A stretch of 51,611 nucleotides of DNA from Syntrophomonadaceae bacterium (GTDB lineage Bacteria > Bacillota > Dethiobacteria > DTU022). Where the stretch lies: the NCBI GenBank assembly GCA_007129055.1, contig SKWE01000069.1:1-51611 (forward strand). The letters are read 5' to 3'. Positions 30,199 to 39,003 of this stretch are shown here, piece after piece. Position numbers and translations under genes: made by a program. Below the pieces are notes generated by a model. It did not search any database and had not been told where the DNA came from. It was given only the letters and a program-made list of their open reading frames with translations. Numbering within the stretch: the first letter of the stretch is position 1; the number at the start of each line of letters is the position of its first letter.

Positions 30199-30249
30199 AT
30201 TATACGGACTAATTATAACTTTTATCAATGTGAAACGGAGGTGAACGAC

Positions 30250-31785
30250 ATGATGGAAAATTTACTTATGATTATAGCTGCCCTGGTAGTTGGTTTGGGA
30301 GGCGGCTATTTAATTCGCAAGATGATCGCTGAAGCAAAAATATCTTCAGCGGAAACAGCAGCAAAAAAAATTGTTGAAGAAGCGACTCAGGAAGCTAATG
30401 CAATAAAAAGAGAAAAGCAGCTTGAAGCTAAAGAAGAAGCTGTTCGCCTGAGAAGTGAACTGGAAAAAGAAAGCAAAGAGAGGCGTTCTGAACTGCAGCG
30501 CCTGGAGCGCAGGTTAGTTCAGAAAGAGGAAAGCCTTGATCGTAAGATCGCCATTGCAGAAAAAAAGGAAGATGATTTACGTTCTAAAGAGCAAGAAACG
30601 GTAGAAATTAAGGATAAGCTCGATCAATTACACCAGCAGCAGCTAGCAGAATTGGAAAGGGTCTCGGGTATGACTTCAGATGAGGCTAAAGAACTACTGC
30701 TTCAGAGAGTAAGAGAAGAAATAGATCATGAAATGATTACAATGGTAAAAGATATTGAAAACCAGGCAAAAGCCGAAGGCGAGAAAAAGGCCCGTGAAAT
30801 AGTAACCCTTGCCATTCAAAGGTATGCCGCAGATCATGTTACAGAATCTACAGTTTCCGTCGTATCATTGCCTAATGATGAAATGAAAGGGCGGATAATC
30901 GGTAGAGAAGGTAGAAATATCAGGGCGCTGGAGACACTTACCGGAATAGATCTGATTATTGATGATACTCCGGAAGCCGTTATCATATCCGGTTTTGACC
31001 CAATTAGACGTGAAGTCGCAAGGTTGGCCTTGGAAAAATTGGTTAGTGATGGAAGAATCCATCCGGCGAGAATTGAAGAAATTGTAGAAAAAACCCGTAA
31101 AGAAGTGGAAACACAGATTAAGGAAGAAGGGGAAAGAGCTACCTTCGAATCAAGAGTTCATGGAATTCATCCTGAGATAGTAAACCTGCTCGGAAAATTA
31201 AAGTTCAGGACAAGCTACGGTCAGAATGTTCTTCAACATTCTATAGAAGTTGCCCACCTGGCTGGTATTATGGCCGCTGAACTGGGATTGGACGTTAACT
31301 TCGCCAAGCGGGCCGGCCTGCTGCATGATATAGGAAAGGCAATTGACCATGAAACAGAAGGCTCACATGTTCATATCGGTGCGGAATTGGCAAAGAAGTA
31401 TAAAGAGTCAGCCGGAATTGTTAATGCAATTGAAGCTCACCACGGGGATGTAGACTTTAACACTTTGGAAGCAGTATTGATACAATCTGCAGATGCTATA
31501 TCAGCAGTTCGCCCGGGCGCCAGGCGTGAAACACTGGAGGCATATATTAAGCGGTTGGAAAAACTCGAAAATATTGCAGACTCTTTCGAAGGAGTCGAAA
31601 AATCATATGCTATCCATGCCGGACGTGAAATAAGAATTATGGTTAAACCGGATCGGATAGATGATTACACATCAATCAAGGTGGCCAGGGATATAGTGAA
31701 AAAGATCGAAAGTGAACTTGAATATCCCGGTCAGATTAAAGTAACCGTTATCAGGGAAACAAGAGCAGTTGATTACGCAAAGTAA
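30250..31785 (+). CDS. rny: Ribonuclease Y
   Basis: N-terminal TM helix, coiled-coil, KH domain ([11 protein letters not shown]), HD domain (LLHDIGKA). GGAGGTG RBS favours ATG at 30250; the ORF track starts at 30241. Confidence 0.95.
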   Translation: MMENLLMIIAALVVGLGGGYLIRKMIAEAKISSAETAAKKIVEEATQEANAIKREKQLEAKEEAVRLRSELEKESKERRSELQRLERRLVQKEESLDRKIAIAEKKEDDLRSKEQETVEIKDKLDQLHQQQLAELERVSGMTSDEAKELLLQRVREEIDHEMITMVKDIENQAKAEGEKKAREIVTLAIQRYAADHVTESTVSVVSLPNDEMKGRIIGREGRNIRALETLTGIDLIIDDTPEAVIISGFDPIRREVARLALEKLVSDGRIHPARIEEIVEKTRKEVETQIKEEGERATFESRVHGIHPEIVNLLGKLKFRTSYGQNVLQHSIEVAHLAGIMAAELGLDVNFAKRAGLLHDIGKAIDHETEGSHVHIGAELAKKYKESAGIVNAIEAHHGDVDFNTLEAVLIQSADAISAVRPGARRETLEAYIKRLEKLENIADSFEGVEKSYAIHAGREIRIMVKPDRIDDYTSIKVARDIVKKIESELEYPGQIKVTVIRETRAVDYAK

Positions 31786-31820
31786 TTTAGTGTAATATAA
31801 GAATATAATATTGTATTGAT

Positions 31821-31848
31821 AGAAAGTGCCTTTTAAAGGCACTTTCTT
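31821..31848 (+). terminator. Hairpin terminator after rny
   Basis: Near-perfect palindrome AGAAAGTGCCTTT/AAAGGCACTTTCT followed by TAATAT. Confidence 0.6.
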
Positions 31849-31876
31849 AATATGCACTATGATTGGAGATCTTAAA

Positions 31877-32659
31877 ATGCGTATACTGTTTATTGGAGAT
31901 ATCGTTGGTAAAACAGGCCGGAAATGTTTAAAAACAGCGCTAGATGAGCTAAAAAAAGAGACAGCTTTCGATTTAATTATTGCTAACGGAGAAAATGCAG
32001 CTGGCGGTGCCGGAATAACAGAGACAGTATTTAATGATTTGCGAAATACAGGTGTAGATGTAGTTACCGGAGGAAATCATACCTGGGATCAAAAAGACAT
32101 CTACAACTTTATTGACAGGGAACCAAGACTCATAAGGCCAGCTAACTACCCTGAAGAAACAACTCCCGGTTATGGTTCAGTAATCATTGAAAGAAAGAAA
32201 GGCAAGTATAAAATTGCAGTTCTAAATCTAATTGGAAGGGTTTTTATGCGGCCTGCCGATTGCCCTTTCAGGACGGCAGACAAAATAATCCCTGGCCTAA
32301 AGGAAAAAGCAGATCTTATACTTGTTGATTTTCATGCTGAAGCAACTTCAGAAAAACAGGCGCTGGGGTGGTACCTGGACGGTCAGGTGAATGCAGTCAT
32401 CGGTACTCACAGCCACGTGCAGACTGCAGATGAAAGGATTTTAACAAGAGGTACTGCTTATATAACCGATGTCGGAATGGTTGGCTTATATGACTCAATT
32501 CTTGGTGTAGATAAAGGGGGGCCTTTAAAAAGGTTCCTGACACAAATGCCTCACAAGTTAAGCATTTCTGATGGAACTTCGCTATTTAATGCTCTAATAG
32601 TTGAATTTAATGAACAGGGCGAAACTGTTTTTGTGAAAAGGATCTCACAAATAATTTAA
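31877..32659 (+). CDS. ymdB: YmdB-family metallophosphoesterase (2',3'-cyclic-nucleotide phosphodiesterase)
   Basis: MRILFIGDIVGK, ANGENAAGG and GNHTWD motifs. The upstream part of ORF 31826 overlaps the rny terminator, so the ATG at 31877 is preferred. Confidence 0.9.
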   Translation: MRILFIGDIVGKTGRKCLKTALDELKKETAFDLIIANGENAAGGAGITETVFNDLRNTGVDVVTGGNHTWDQKDIYNFIDREPRLIRPANYPEETTPGYGSVIIERKKGKYKIAVLNLIGRVFMRPADCPFRTADKIIPGLKEKADLILVDFHAEATSEKQALGWYLDGQVNAVIGTHSHVQTADERILTRGTAYITDVGMVGLYDSILGVDKGGPLKRFLTQMPHKLSISDGTSLFNALIVEFNEQGETVFVKRISQII

Positions 32660-32686
32660 AACTCATGAATAATTCATATAATTCAG

Positions 32687-32715
32687 GCAGGATATAAGGT
32701 AAAAAGGGCGAATAC
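32687..32715 (+). promoter_or_regulatory. Sigma-H-like promoter upstream of spoVS
   Basis: GCAGGATAT at about 32687-32695, an 11-nt spacer, GGCGAATAC at about 32707-32715. Matches RNAGGAWWW-N11-12-RNNGAATWW. Confidence 0.4.
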
Positions 32716-32747
32716 CTTAGTTAAATCCGCAAAGGAGGTACCTAATA

Positions 32748-33008
32748 ATGGGGGTATTAAAAGTCTCAGCAAAATCCAATCCTAATTCCGTAGCCGGTGC
32801 CCTGGCAGGGGTACTAAGGGAACGAGGAGGCGCAGAAATCCAAACAATCGGTGCAGGAGCCCTGAACCAGGCAATAAAAGCAGTGGCCATTGCAAGGGGT
32901 TTTGTTGCGCCGGGAGGCATTGATTTAATCTGCATTCCAGCCTTTACGGATATTGAGATTGACGGCGAGGAAAGAACTGCAATTAAATTAATCATTGAAC
33001 CTCGCTAA
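32748..33008 (+). CDS. spoVS: Stage V sporulation protein S
   Basis: 86-aa ORF MGVLKVSAKSNPNSVAGALAGVLRE...GAGALNQAIKAVAIARGF, the hallmark SpoVS sequence. AGGAGG RBS. Confidence 0.93.
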   Translation: MGVLKVSAKSNPNSVAGALAGVLRERGGAEIQTIGAGALNQAIKAVAIARGFVAPGGIDLICIPAFTDIEIDGEERTAIKLIIEPR

Positions 33009-33050
33009 GTTTTTCAACCGATGTATTCTTAACTTGCAGACTGGTTTCAG

Positions 33051-33082
33051 CACCCTCACAGCTAAAAGGAGGGTGTTTTTTT
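33051..33082 (+). terminator. Intrinsic terminator of spoVS
   Basis: CACCCTC-11 nt-GAGGGTG followed by T7. Confidence 0.8.
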
Positions 33083-33152
33083 ATTAATAACAAGGTGGTA
33101 TTATTAACAGGGTATTACAGCCATCATAAAACCGTAAACGGGGCAAAATATT

Positions 33153-33989
33153 ATGAGGCAGAAACTTGTTGATCTTCACACACATAGCAGTGCATCTGAT
33201 GGTCTTTACGGCCCTGCAGAGCTGGTGAATCTTGCTTCAAAAGCGGGCCTTTCAGCTATAGCACTTACAGATCATGATACTGTAGACGGCTTGGTTGAAG
33301 CAGAGGAGGCAGCTGTAAAGGCTGGTATTGAGTTTATACCGGGCATTGAAATAGGTATTGTGCATGAGGGTGAAGAAATTCATATACTCGGCTATTACCT
33401 GTCTAATCGTAACCTGTTAAACCAGGAGTTGAAAGTGCAGAAAGTAGAAAGATTAAATAGAATGATTGCGATGAGAAAGAAGATGTCAGATATGGGGTTT
33501 AAAATTGGGATAGACGAAGTGCTTGCAGAGTCAGGAGAAGCTGCTCCTGGAAGGATGCACTTGGCAAGGTTGCTTGTAAAAAAACGATACGTACATAGTA
33601 CGGACCAGGCTTTCTCGCTATATCTGAAGCAGGATGGTCCTGCTTATGTCCCCAGAAAAACAATATCTCTTGACAGTGTGATGGAGCTATTATCAAGAAC
33701 AGCTAAGCTTATTGCAATTGCTCATCCTAAAAAAGCTGGGGAAAGCTTGATCAAATTGCTCCTGGAAAAAGGACTGAATGCTGTCGAGGTATTTCATCCT
33801 GAACACAGCAAGGAAAGGGTTAACTATTATAAGAAAGTAGCAGCAGAGAATAAATTACTGATTACCGGAGGATCTGATTACCATGGAGACAGGGGAAGCA
33901 GAAGCTATCCAGTTCGACTGGCTATAGATTACAGCTACCTGGATAATATTAAAGGGTTTATTAACGGAGATTACCCTTTTCTTAGGTAG
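33153..33989 (+). CDS. PHP-domain phosphoesterase (TrpH/YciV family)
   Basis: DLHTHSSASDG, LTDHDT and GGSDYHG metal-binding motifs. Confidence 0.8.
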   Translation: MRQKLVDLHTHSSASDGLYGPAELVNLASKAGLSAIALTDHDTVDGLVEAEEAAVKAGIEFIPGIEIGIVHEGEEIHILGYYLSNRNLLNQELKVQKVERLNRMIAMRKKMSDMGFKIGIDEVLAESGEAAPGRMHLARLLVKKRYVHSTDQAFSLYLKQDGPAYVPRKTISLDSVMELLSRTAKLIAIAHPKKAGESLIKLLLEKGLNAVEVFHPEHSKERVNYYKKVAAENKLLITGGSDYHGDRGSRSYPVRLAIDYSYLDNIKGFINGDYPFLR

Positions 33990-34038
33990 AATAAAATGAT
34001 AGAATCAAGTATATGTTTATCAGGGGGATAGATGCAGT

Positions 34039-34443
34039 ATGGAACAATTTAATTTTGCGCTACAGGTTCTCGTAATCGGATTTACGGTTGTCCTGGTTAC
34101 ACTATTCATGTTATATGGGGTTCTTTTATTATTCGCCCGCCTGCTTTACAAAGAAGAAAAAGAGGTCACTGGTGATCAGAAAAATTTATTGGATAATGAA
34201 AAAGAGATATCAACGATCACAGGGGAGAATGACAGGAAAGTGGTAGCAGCAATCATGGCTGCAGTAAACGAATACCTGCGACAAGATGATAGTTCAATAA
34301 AAATCGCCAGTATAGCAATATCGGCAGATCAGGCCGGAAATCTCGTATCGAATAATTGGAAGATTATTGGAAGAAAAACCTTAATGGAAAATAGAGCTGC
34401 ATTAGAAAAGATTAGGAGGAAGAGAAGAATTGAAAAAATTTAA
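34039..34443 (+). CDS. OadG-like gamma/delta anchor subunit of a Na+-translocating decarboxylase
   Basis: Single N-terminal TM helix (LQVLVIGFTVVLVTLFMLYGVLLLF) and a VVAAIMAAVNEYL segment typical of OAD_gamma proteins. Lies in an operon with the BCCP and beta subunits. Confidence 0.65.
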   Translation: MEQFNFALQVLVIGFTVVLVTLFMLYGVLLLFARLLYKEEKEVTGDQKNLLDNEKEISTITGENDRKVVAAIMAAVNEYLRQDDSSIKIASIAISADQAGNLVSNNWKIIGRKTLMENRAALEKIRRKRRIEKI

Positions 34444-34873
34444 AGTTACAGTTGATGGTCAATCATACACAGTTGAAGTTGAAGAGCTTAAATCACAACC
34501 CAACCAAAATACGGGAAGTGCTTCACGAGATAAAGATATAGCTGGTAAGCCAAATAACAATGTTTCTAAGCCGGAAGCTCAAAAAGCGGAAACAGTTACT
34601 GCCCCCCAGGCAGAAGAAAAAGAAAATAGCGCGCCACCATCTTCTCCGAAAGTGGAGGGAGGGACAAGCATTAAAGCTCCAATGCCCGGCTCTGTAATTG
34701 ATGTTAATGTAAAAGCGGGTGATAATGTCCAAAATGGCGATGTCCTTTTAATTCTTGAAGCAATGAAGATGGAGAACGAATTAACTTCTTCAACTGCTGG
34801 AACAGTTACCGAGGTATTAGTGAAAAAAGGCGATACAGTTAATAGCGGAGACCCCCTGGTGATCATCGCATAA
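34430..34873 (+). CDS. Biotin carboxyl carrier subunit (biotinyl/lipoyl domain)
   Basis: Pro/Ala/Glu linker followed by a biotinyl domain with the EAMKMENE attachment motif. Confidence 0.85.
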   Translation: MKKFKVTVDGQSYTVEVEELKSQPNQNTGSASRDKDIAGKPNNNVSKPEAQKAETVTAPQAEEKENSAPPSSPKVEGGTSIKAPMPGSVIDVNVKAGDNVQNGDVLLILEAMKMENELTSSTAGTVTEVLVKKGDTVNSGDPLVIIA

Positions 34874-34901
34874 CAAAACTACATGAAATGATTGAAAGGG
34901 G

Positions 34902-36041
34902 TTGTTCCGTTTGCTCAATATGTTTTTAGAATTTATCAGGGGAACAGGGTATGTAAACCTGCAGGTTAACGATGTTATCATGGTTGTGATAGCCTGCGTT
35001 CTACTTTACCTGGGGATTGTAAAAAAATATGAACCGCTTTTGCTAATACCAATAAGCTTCGGTGTACTGTTGGTAAACCTGCCACTGGGCGGGCTTATGC
35101 TTCCCGGAGTTGGGGAAGAACCCGGGGGGTTGTTATATTATCTATCCCTGGGGCTTGAACTTGGCATTTACCCGCCGCTTATTTTTCTTGGAGTAGGGGC
35201 AATGACAGATTTTGGACCCCTGATAGCAAACCCCATTACAATATTGCTTGGTGCCGCAGCGCAATTTGGTATTTTCCTGACTTTTATAGGAGCTATTTAC
35301 CTTGGTTTTACACCACAGGAGGCAGGAGCGATTGGTATTATCGGAGGCGCTGATGGGCCGACAGCGATTTTCATAGCCAGCAGACTGGCTCCGGAGCTTT
35401 TAGGTTCTATTGCAATTGCTGCTTATTCATATATGGCACTGGTTCCAATTATCCAGCCGCCAATTATGAAACTACTTACAACAAAGAAAGAACGTAATAT
35501 TATAATGGAGCAATTGAGGCCGGTTTCTAAAAAAGAGAAGATTTTATTTCCAATATCAGTTATCATTTTAACGGGTTTATTATTACCGGCAGCCCTTCCT
35601 TTACTTGGAATGTTAATGTTTGGGAACCTGATCAGAGAGTCAGGGGTTACTGAAAGGTTAAGCAAAGGTGCGCAAAACGAACTTAATAATATTGTTGTAA
35701 TATTTCTTGGCCTTACCGTTGGAGCTAAAGCAACAGCTGCCTATTTCTTAACTCCCGATACTTTAAAAATAATATTTCTAGGTTTGGCAGCTTTTGCTTT
35801 TGGTACAGCCACAGGTGTCTTAATGGGCAAGTTATTAAACCAGATCACCGGTGGTAGAATTAACCCACTAATCGGCTCTGCGGGTGTTTCTGCTGTTCCG
35901 ATGGCAGCAAGAGTATCACAGGCTGTTGGAAAGCAAGAAAATCCGAATAATTATTTACTGATGCATGCAATGGGGCCCAATGTTGCCGGCGTAATTGGTT
36001 CTGCAGTTGCAGCGGGAATCCTATTGTCAATTCTGGGTTAG
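34902..36041 (+). CDS. Na+-transporting decarboxylase beta subunit (OadB/GcdB/MmdB family)
   Basis: Polytopic membrane protein with [23 protein letters not shown] and [12 protein letters not shown] motifs. The true start may be the internal TTG at 34911 or ATG at 34920. Confidence 0.9.
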   Translation: MFRLLNMFLEFIRGTGYVNLQVNDVIMVVIACVLLYLGIVKKYEPLLLIPISFGVLLVNLPLGGLMLPGVGEEPGGLLYYLSLGLELGIYPPLIFLGVGAMTDFGPLIANPITILLGAAAQFGIFLTFIGAIYLGFTPQEAGAIGIIGGADGPTAIFIASRLAPELLGSIAIAAYSYMALVPIIQPPIMKLLTTKKERNIIMEQLRPVSKKEKILFPISVIILTGLLLPAALPLLGMLMFGNLIRESGVTERLSKGAQNELNNIVVIFLGLTVGAKATAAYFLTPDTLKIIFLGLAAFAFGTATGVLMGKLLNQITGGRINPLIGSAGVSAVPMAARVSQAVGKQENPNNYLLMHAMGPNVAGVIGSAVAAGILLSILG

Positions 36042-36064
36042 CTGGATATGGAAGAGGTGTTTTT

Positions 36065-37519
36065 GTGTCAAAAGTTAAAGTGAGATTTGCGCCAAGCCCG
36101 ACAGGAGAACTGCATATTGGAGGGGCGCGTACAGCCCTATTTAACTATCTTTTTGCAAAAGCCAATGACGGAATTATGGTATTGCGGATAGATGATACTG
36201 ATCTTGAGCGTTCACGAGAAGAATATACAGGTAAATTAATTGAATCAATGCATTGGCTGGGGCTTGAATGGGATGAAGGACCATTTTTCCAATCAAAAAG
36301 GATGGACATCTATACATCCGAAGCCAACCGTTTATTATCAGATAATAAAGCCTACTATTGTTATTGCAGCGTCGATGAGTTATCCAGCGGCAGAGAAGAA
36401 GCCCGTAATGAAAGCAGGCCATACCTTTATCCTGGAAACTGCAGGAAATTAAGTGCAGAAGAAATAGAAACCTTCAAGAAGGACGGAAGAAAGCCCGTGG
36501 TAAGGTTAATGATTCCTGATAGCGGAGCTACTGTAGTAAATGACTTGATCAGGGGCGAAGTAAGCTTTAACAATAGCGACCTCGATGATTTTATTATTCT
36601 TAAATCAAATGGTCTTCCCACATACAATTTCGCAAGCATTGTTGATGACTGTAAAATGGAAATATCACATATCATCCGGGCTGAAGAACACCTTACAAAC
36701 ACGCCCCGCCAACTGCTTTGCGCAAAAGCGCTCGAGTACAAACTGCCTGTATTTGCTCATGTACCCATGATACTTGCCCCTGATCGCAGTAAGCTTAGTA
36801 AGCGCCATGGAGCTACCTCTGTTGAAGAATTCCGTTCAGAAGGTTTCCTGCCCGACGCGCTCGTTAACTATTTGGCCTTGCTCGGTTGGTCTCCTGGAGA
36901 AGACAGGGAATTTTTAAACCTTGAAGAAATGATAGAACTATTCAGCCTGGAGAAAGTAATAAAAACAGCAGCTATTTACGATACGAACAAACTCGCCTGG
37001 ATGAACGGGCATTATATACGTGAATACAGTACCGAAAACCTGATAGAGGCGGTATATCCATTTTTAAAATCTAACTACAGCAGTGAAATGGATGAAAAAG
37101 TGCTGGATAAGGAGTATGTTAAAGCTGTTATTAATTCTGTCAGGGAACGAGCAAAAACTCTTAAAGAACTAAGTGCTGCAGCGGATTTCTTTTTTAGAGA
37201 CGATTTTGCTTACGATGATAAAGGGGTAAAGAAAAACTTTAAAAAAGAGGGCACAGCTAATTTACTTAAGGCTTTAAATGATGAACTTATAGGGCTTGAT
37301 AATTTCACGAGTACTAATACTGAAGCCCTATTTAACGGTTTGTGCGAAAGTATGAATATCTCATTAGGCCGTTTAATGGGCCCTGCCAGGTTGGCCTTAA
37401 CCGGCAAAACCGGGGGGCCGGCTATATTTGATATTATAGAAATACTTGGCAAGGAAAAAACCATTGAGAGACTTGAAAAAGCAGTTCATTACATAGAAAA
37501 TGAACTGGAAAGCTTGTAG
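36065..37519 (+). CDS. gltX: Glutamate--tRNA ligase
   Basis: VRFAPSPTGELHIGGARTALFNY (HIGH motif) and KLSKRHG (KMSKS motif). GTG start. Confidence 0.95.
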   Translation: MSKVKVRFAPSPTGELHIGGARTALFNYLFAKANDGIMVLRIDDTDLERSREEYTGKLIESMHWLGLEWDEGPFFQSKRMDIYTSEANRLLSDNKAYYCYCSVDELSSGREEARNESRPYLYPGNCRKLSAEEIETFKKDGRKPVVRLMIPDSGATVVNDLIRGEVSFNNSDLDDFIILKSNGLPTYNFASIVDDCKMEISHIIRAEEHLTNTPRQLLCAKALEYKLPVFAHVPMILAPDRSKLSKRHGATSVEEFRSEGFLPDALVNYLALLGWSPGEDREFLNLEEMIELFSLEKVIKTAAIYDTNKLAWMNGHYIREYSTENLIEAVYPFLKSNYSSEMDEKVLDKEYVKAVINSVRERAKTLKELSAAADFFFRDDFAYDDKGVKKNFKKEGTANLLKALNDELIGLDNFTSTNTEALFNGLCESMNISLGRLMGPARLALTGKTGGPAIFDIIEILGKEKTIERLEKAVHYIENELESL

Positions 37520-37560
37520 GATAGGGTTCGAATAACTACTACTTAACTTGGAGGTATGAA

Positions 37561-37689
37561 ATGCTTCAGTTAATTACCGGAATATTATTGATAGCGGTAT
37601 TTTTTGTCTTGTTTTTTATGCTTAAAAGTGGTTACGATAAAAAGAAAGAATTAGATGAAAAAGAGGGTAAGCACAACAACAAAAACTAA
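37561..37689 (+). CDS. 42-aa small membrane protein (MLQLITGILLIAVFFVLFFMLKSGYDKKKELDEKEGKHNNKN)
   Basis: Hand-found and below the ORF-track cutoff. GGAGG sits 7 nt upstream of the ATG. One TM helix plus a charged tail. A terminator follows immediately. Confidence 0.5.
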   Translation: MLQLITGILLIAVFFVLFFMLKSGYDKKKELDEKEGKHNNKN

Positions 37690-37708
37690 CCAGCCATCCA
37701 GGCTGGTT
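37688..37708. terminator. Bidirectional terminator between the small ORF and the convergent GT4 gene
   Basis: AACCAGCC-ATCCA-GGCTGGTT flanked by an A-run upstream and GTTT downstream. Confidence 0.7.
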
Positions 37709-37749
37709 GTTTCATAGAAGGAAAGGATATCATAAATCATGTATTTCCA

Positions 37750-38949
37750 TCACCTTGGCCTCAGTGTTTTTCTTCGATAAGGCCTTAGCTTACGGCTAGC
37801 GTAAGCATTTTCATCTATCAGGTCCTGGTATACCTGGAGCATTTGTTCTGCACAGGATGCAGATGAAATAAGTGGGGCATTCTCAAGGGCTTTTTTATGC
37901 ATAGTATTATAAAGTTCATTATCATTAAGCAGCTTAATAATAGCCTCGGAAAACTGTGATACAGAAGGTTCGGTGAGGATTCCGTCTTCACCGTCTTCTA
38001 CCATTTCAGCGGGCCCAAAAGCCTTAATAGCCACGACAGGAAGTCCGGTAGCCTTTGCTTCACCAATTACGAGCCCCTGGGTTTCTGTAACAGAAGGAAA
38101 CACAAACATATAAGCACTGGCATAACAATGGACGATTGAACTTCTTGGTAAAACACCGGTAAAAGTAACTTTATTTTCTAGGCCAAGTTGACAACACATT
38201 TGACGTAAAAACTTTTCCTGTGGTCCCTTTCCAACCAGCACGAGATGGACTTCAGGATGAAGTTCAAGCACACATTGAAAAGCCTTGAGCAAAAATACGA
38301 CGTTTTTTTCCTGTCCAAGCCTTCCCACAAATAAGAGAGCCTTTTCTTCAGGTTTTAAACCATAGTTATCTATTAACCAGTTATTATCGAGATCTACGAA
38401 TTCATCAAGTTCAATGCCGGTAGGGATATTAACTATTGGGGCTTCAACGCCAATTCTTCTTAGGTAATTGACTACCAACTGGGAAGGTGCAACAACCATA
38501 TTGCAACGATTACAGAAATCGCGACCGATGGCCTGGACAACTTGTTTAGAAGTTTCTTCAGCAAATGGAAAATAATGAACATATTGATCATAAAGAGTAT
38601 GAAAGGTGAAAACAAGGGGAAGCCTGTGCCTCCTGGCTGCACGTGCGCCCAACCTGCCTAAGAGAAAAGGAGAATGCGCATGGATTATATCCAGACCCAG
38701 TTCTTTTATGGTGGAACTGAGATGTAATGAAATAGGTATAGGAAGTGCAAATTCAGGCATCGTTGGCCAGGGTACTGAAATAAAACGGAAAACGCCTTCT
38801 TCTTTCGGTGGATGCATGGCAGGGTAGTCCGGCCCAAATATGTATACATCATGATCACGCTGATTAAATTCGCGTGTAAAAAGCTCAATGGACCTTACAA
38901 CTCCACTAGTGTATGGGCGAAAGCTGTCCGTAAAAACGCCAATTTTCAT
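37750..38949 (-). CDS. GT4 glycosyltransferase, alpha-monoglucosyl-diacylglycerol-synthase-like
   Basis: N-terminus MKIGVFTDSFRPYTSGVV resembles GT4 glycolipid synthases. E-x7-E motif (ETQGLVIGE). Confidence 0.85.
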   Translation of the reverse strand: MKIGVFTDSFRPYTSGVVRSIELFTREFNQRDHDVYIFGPDYPAMHPPKEEGVFRFISVPWPTMPEFALPIPISLHLSSTIKELGLDIIHAHSPFLLGRLGARAARRHRLPLVFTFHTLYDQYVHYFPFAEETSKQVVQAIGRDFCNRCNMVVAPSQLVVNYLRRIGVEAPIVNIPTGIELDEFVDLDNNWLIDNYGLKPEEKALLFVGRLGQEKNVVFLLKAFQCVLELHPEVHLVLVGKGPQEKFLRQMCCQLGLENKVTFTGVLPRSSIVHCYASAYMFVFPSVTETQGLVIGEAKATGLPVVAIKAFGPAEMVEDGEDGILTEPSVSQFSEAIIKLLNDNELYNTMHKKALENAPLISSASCAEQMLQVYQDLIDENAYASRKLRPYRRKTLRPR

Positions 38950-39003
38950 TTCTGATCTCCCTTAACGGTGTAATGCAGAACTATAACTGTTTATTGTCAA
39001 AAG

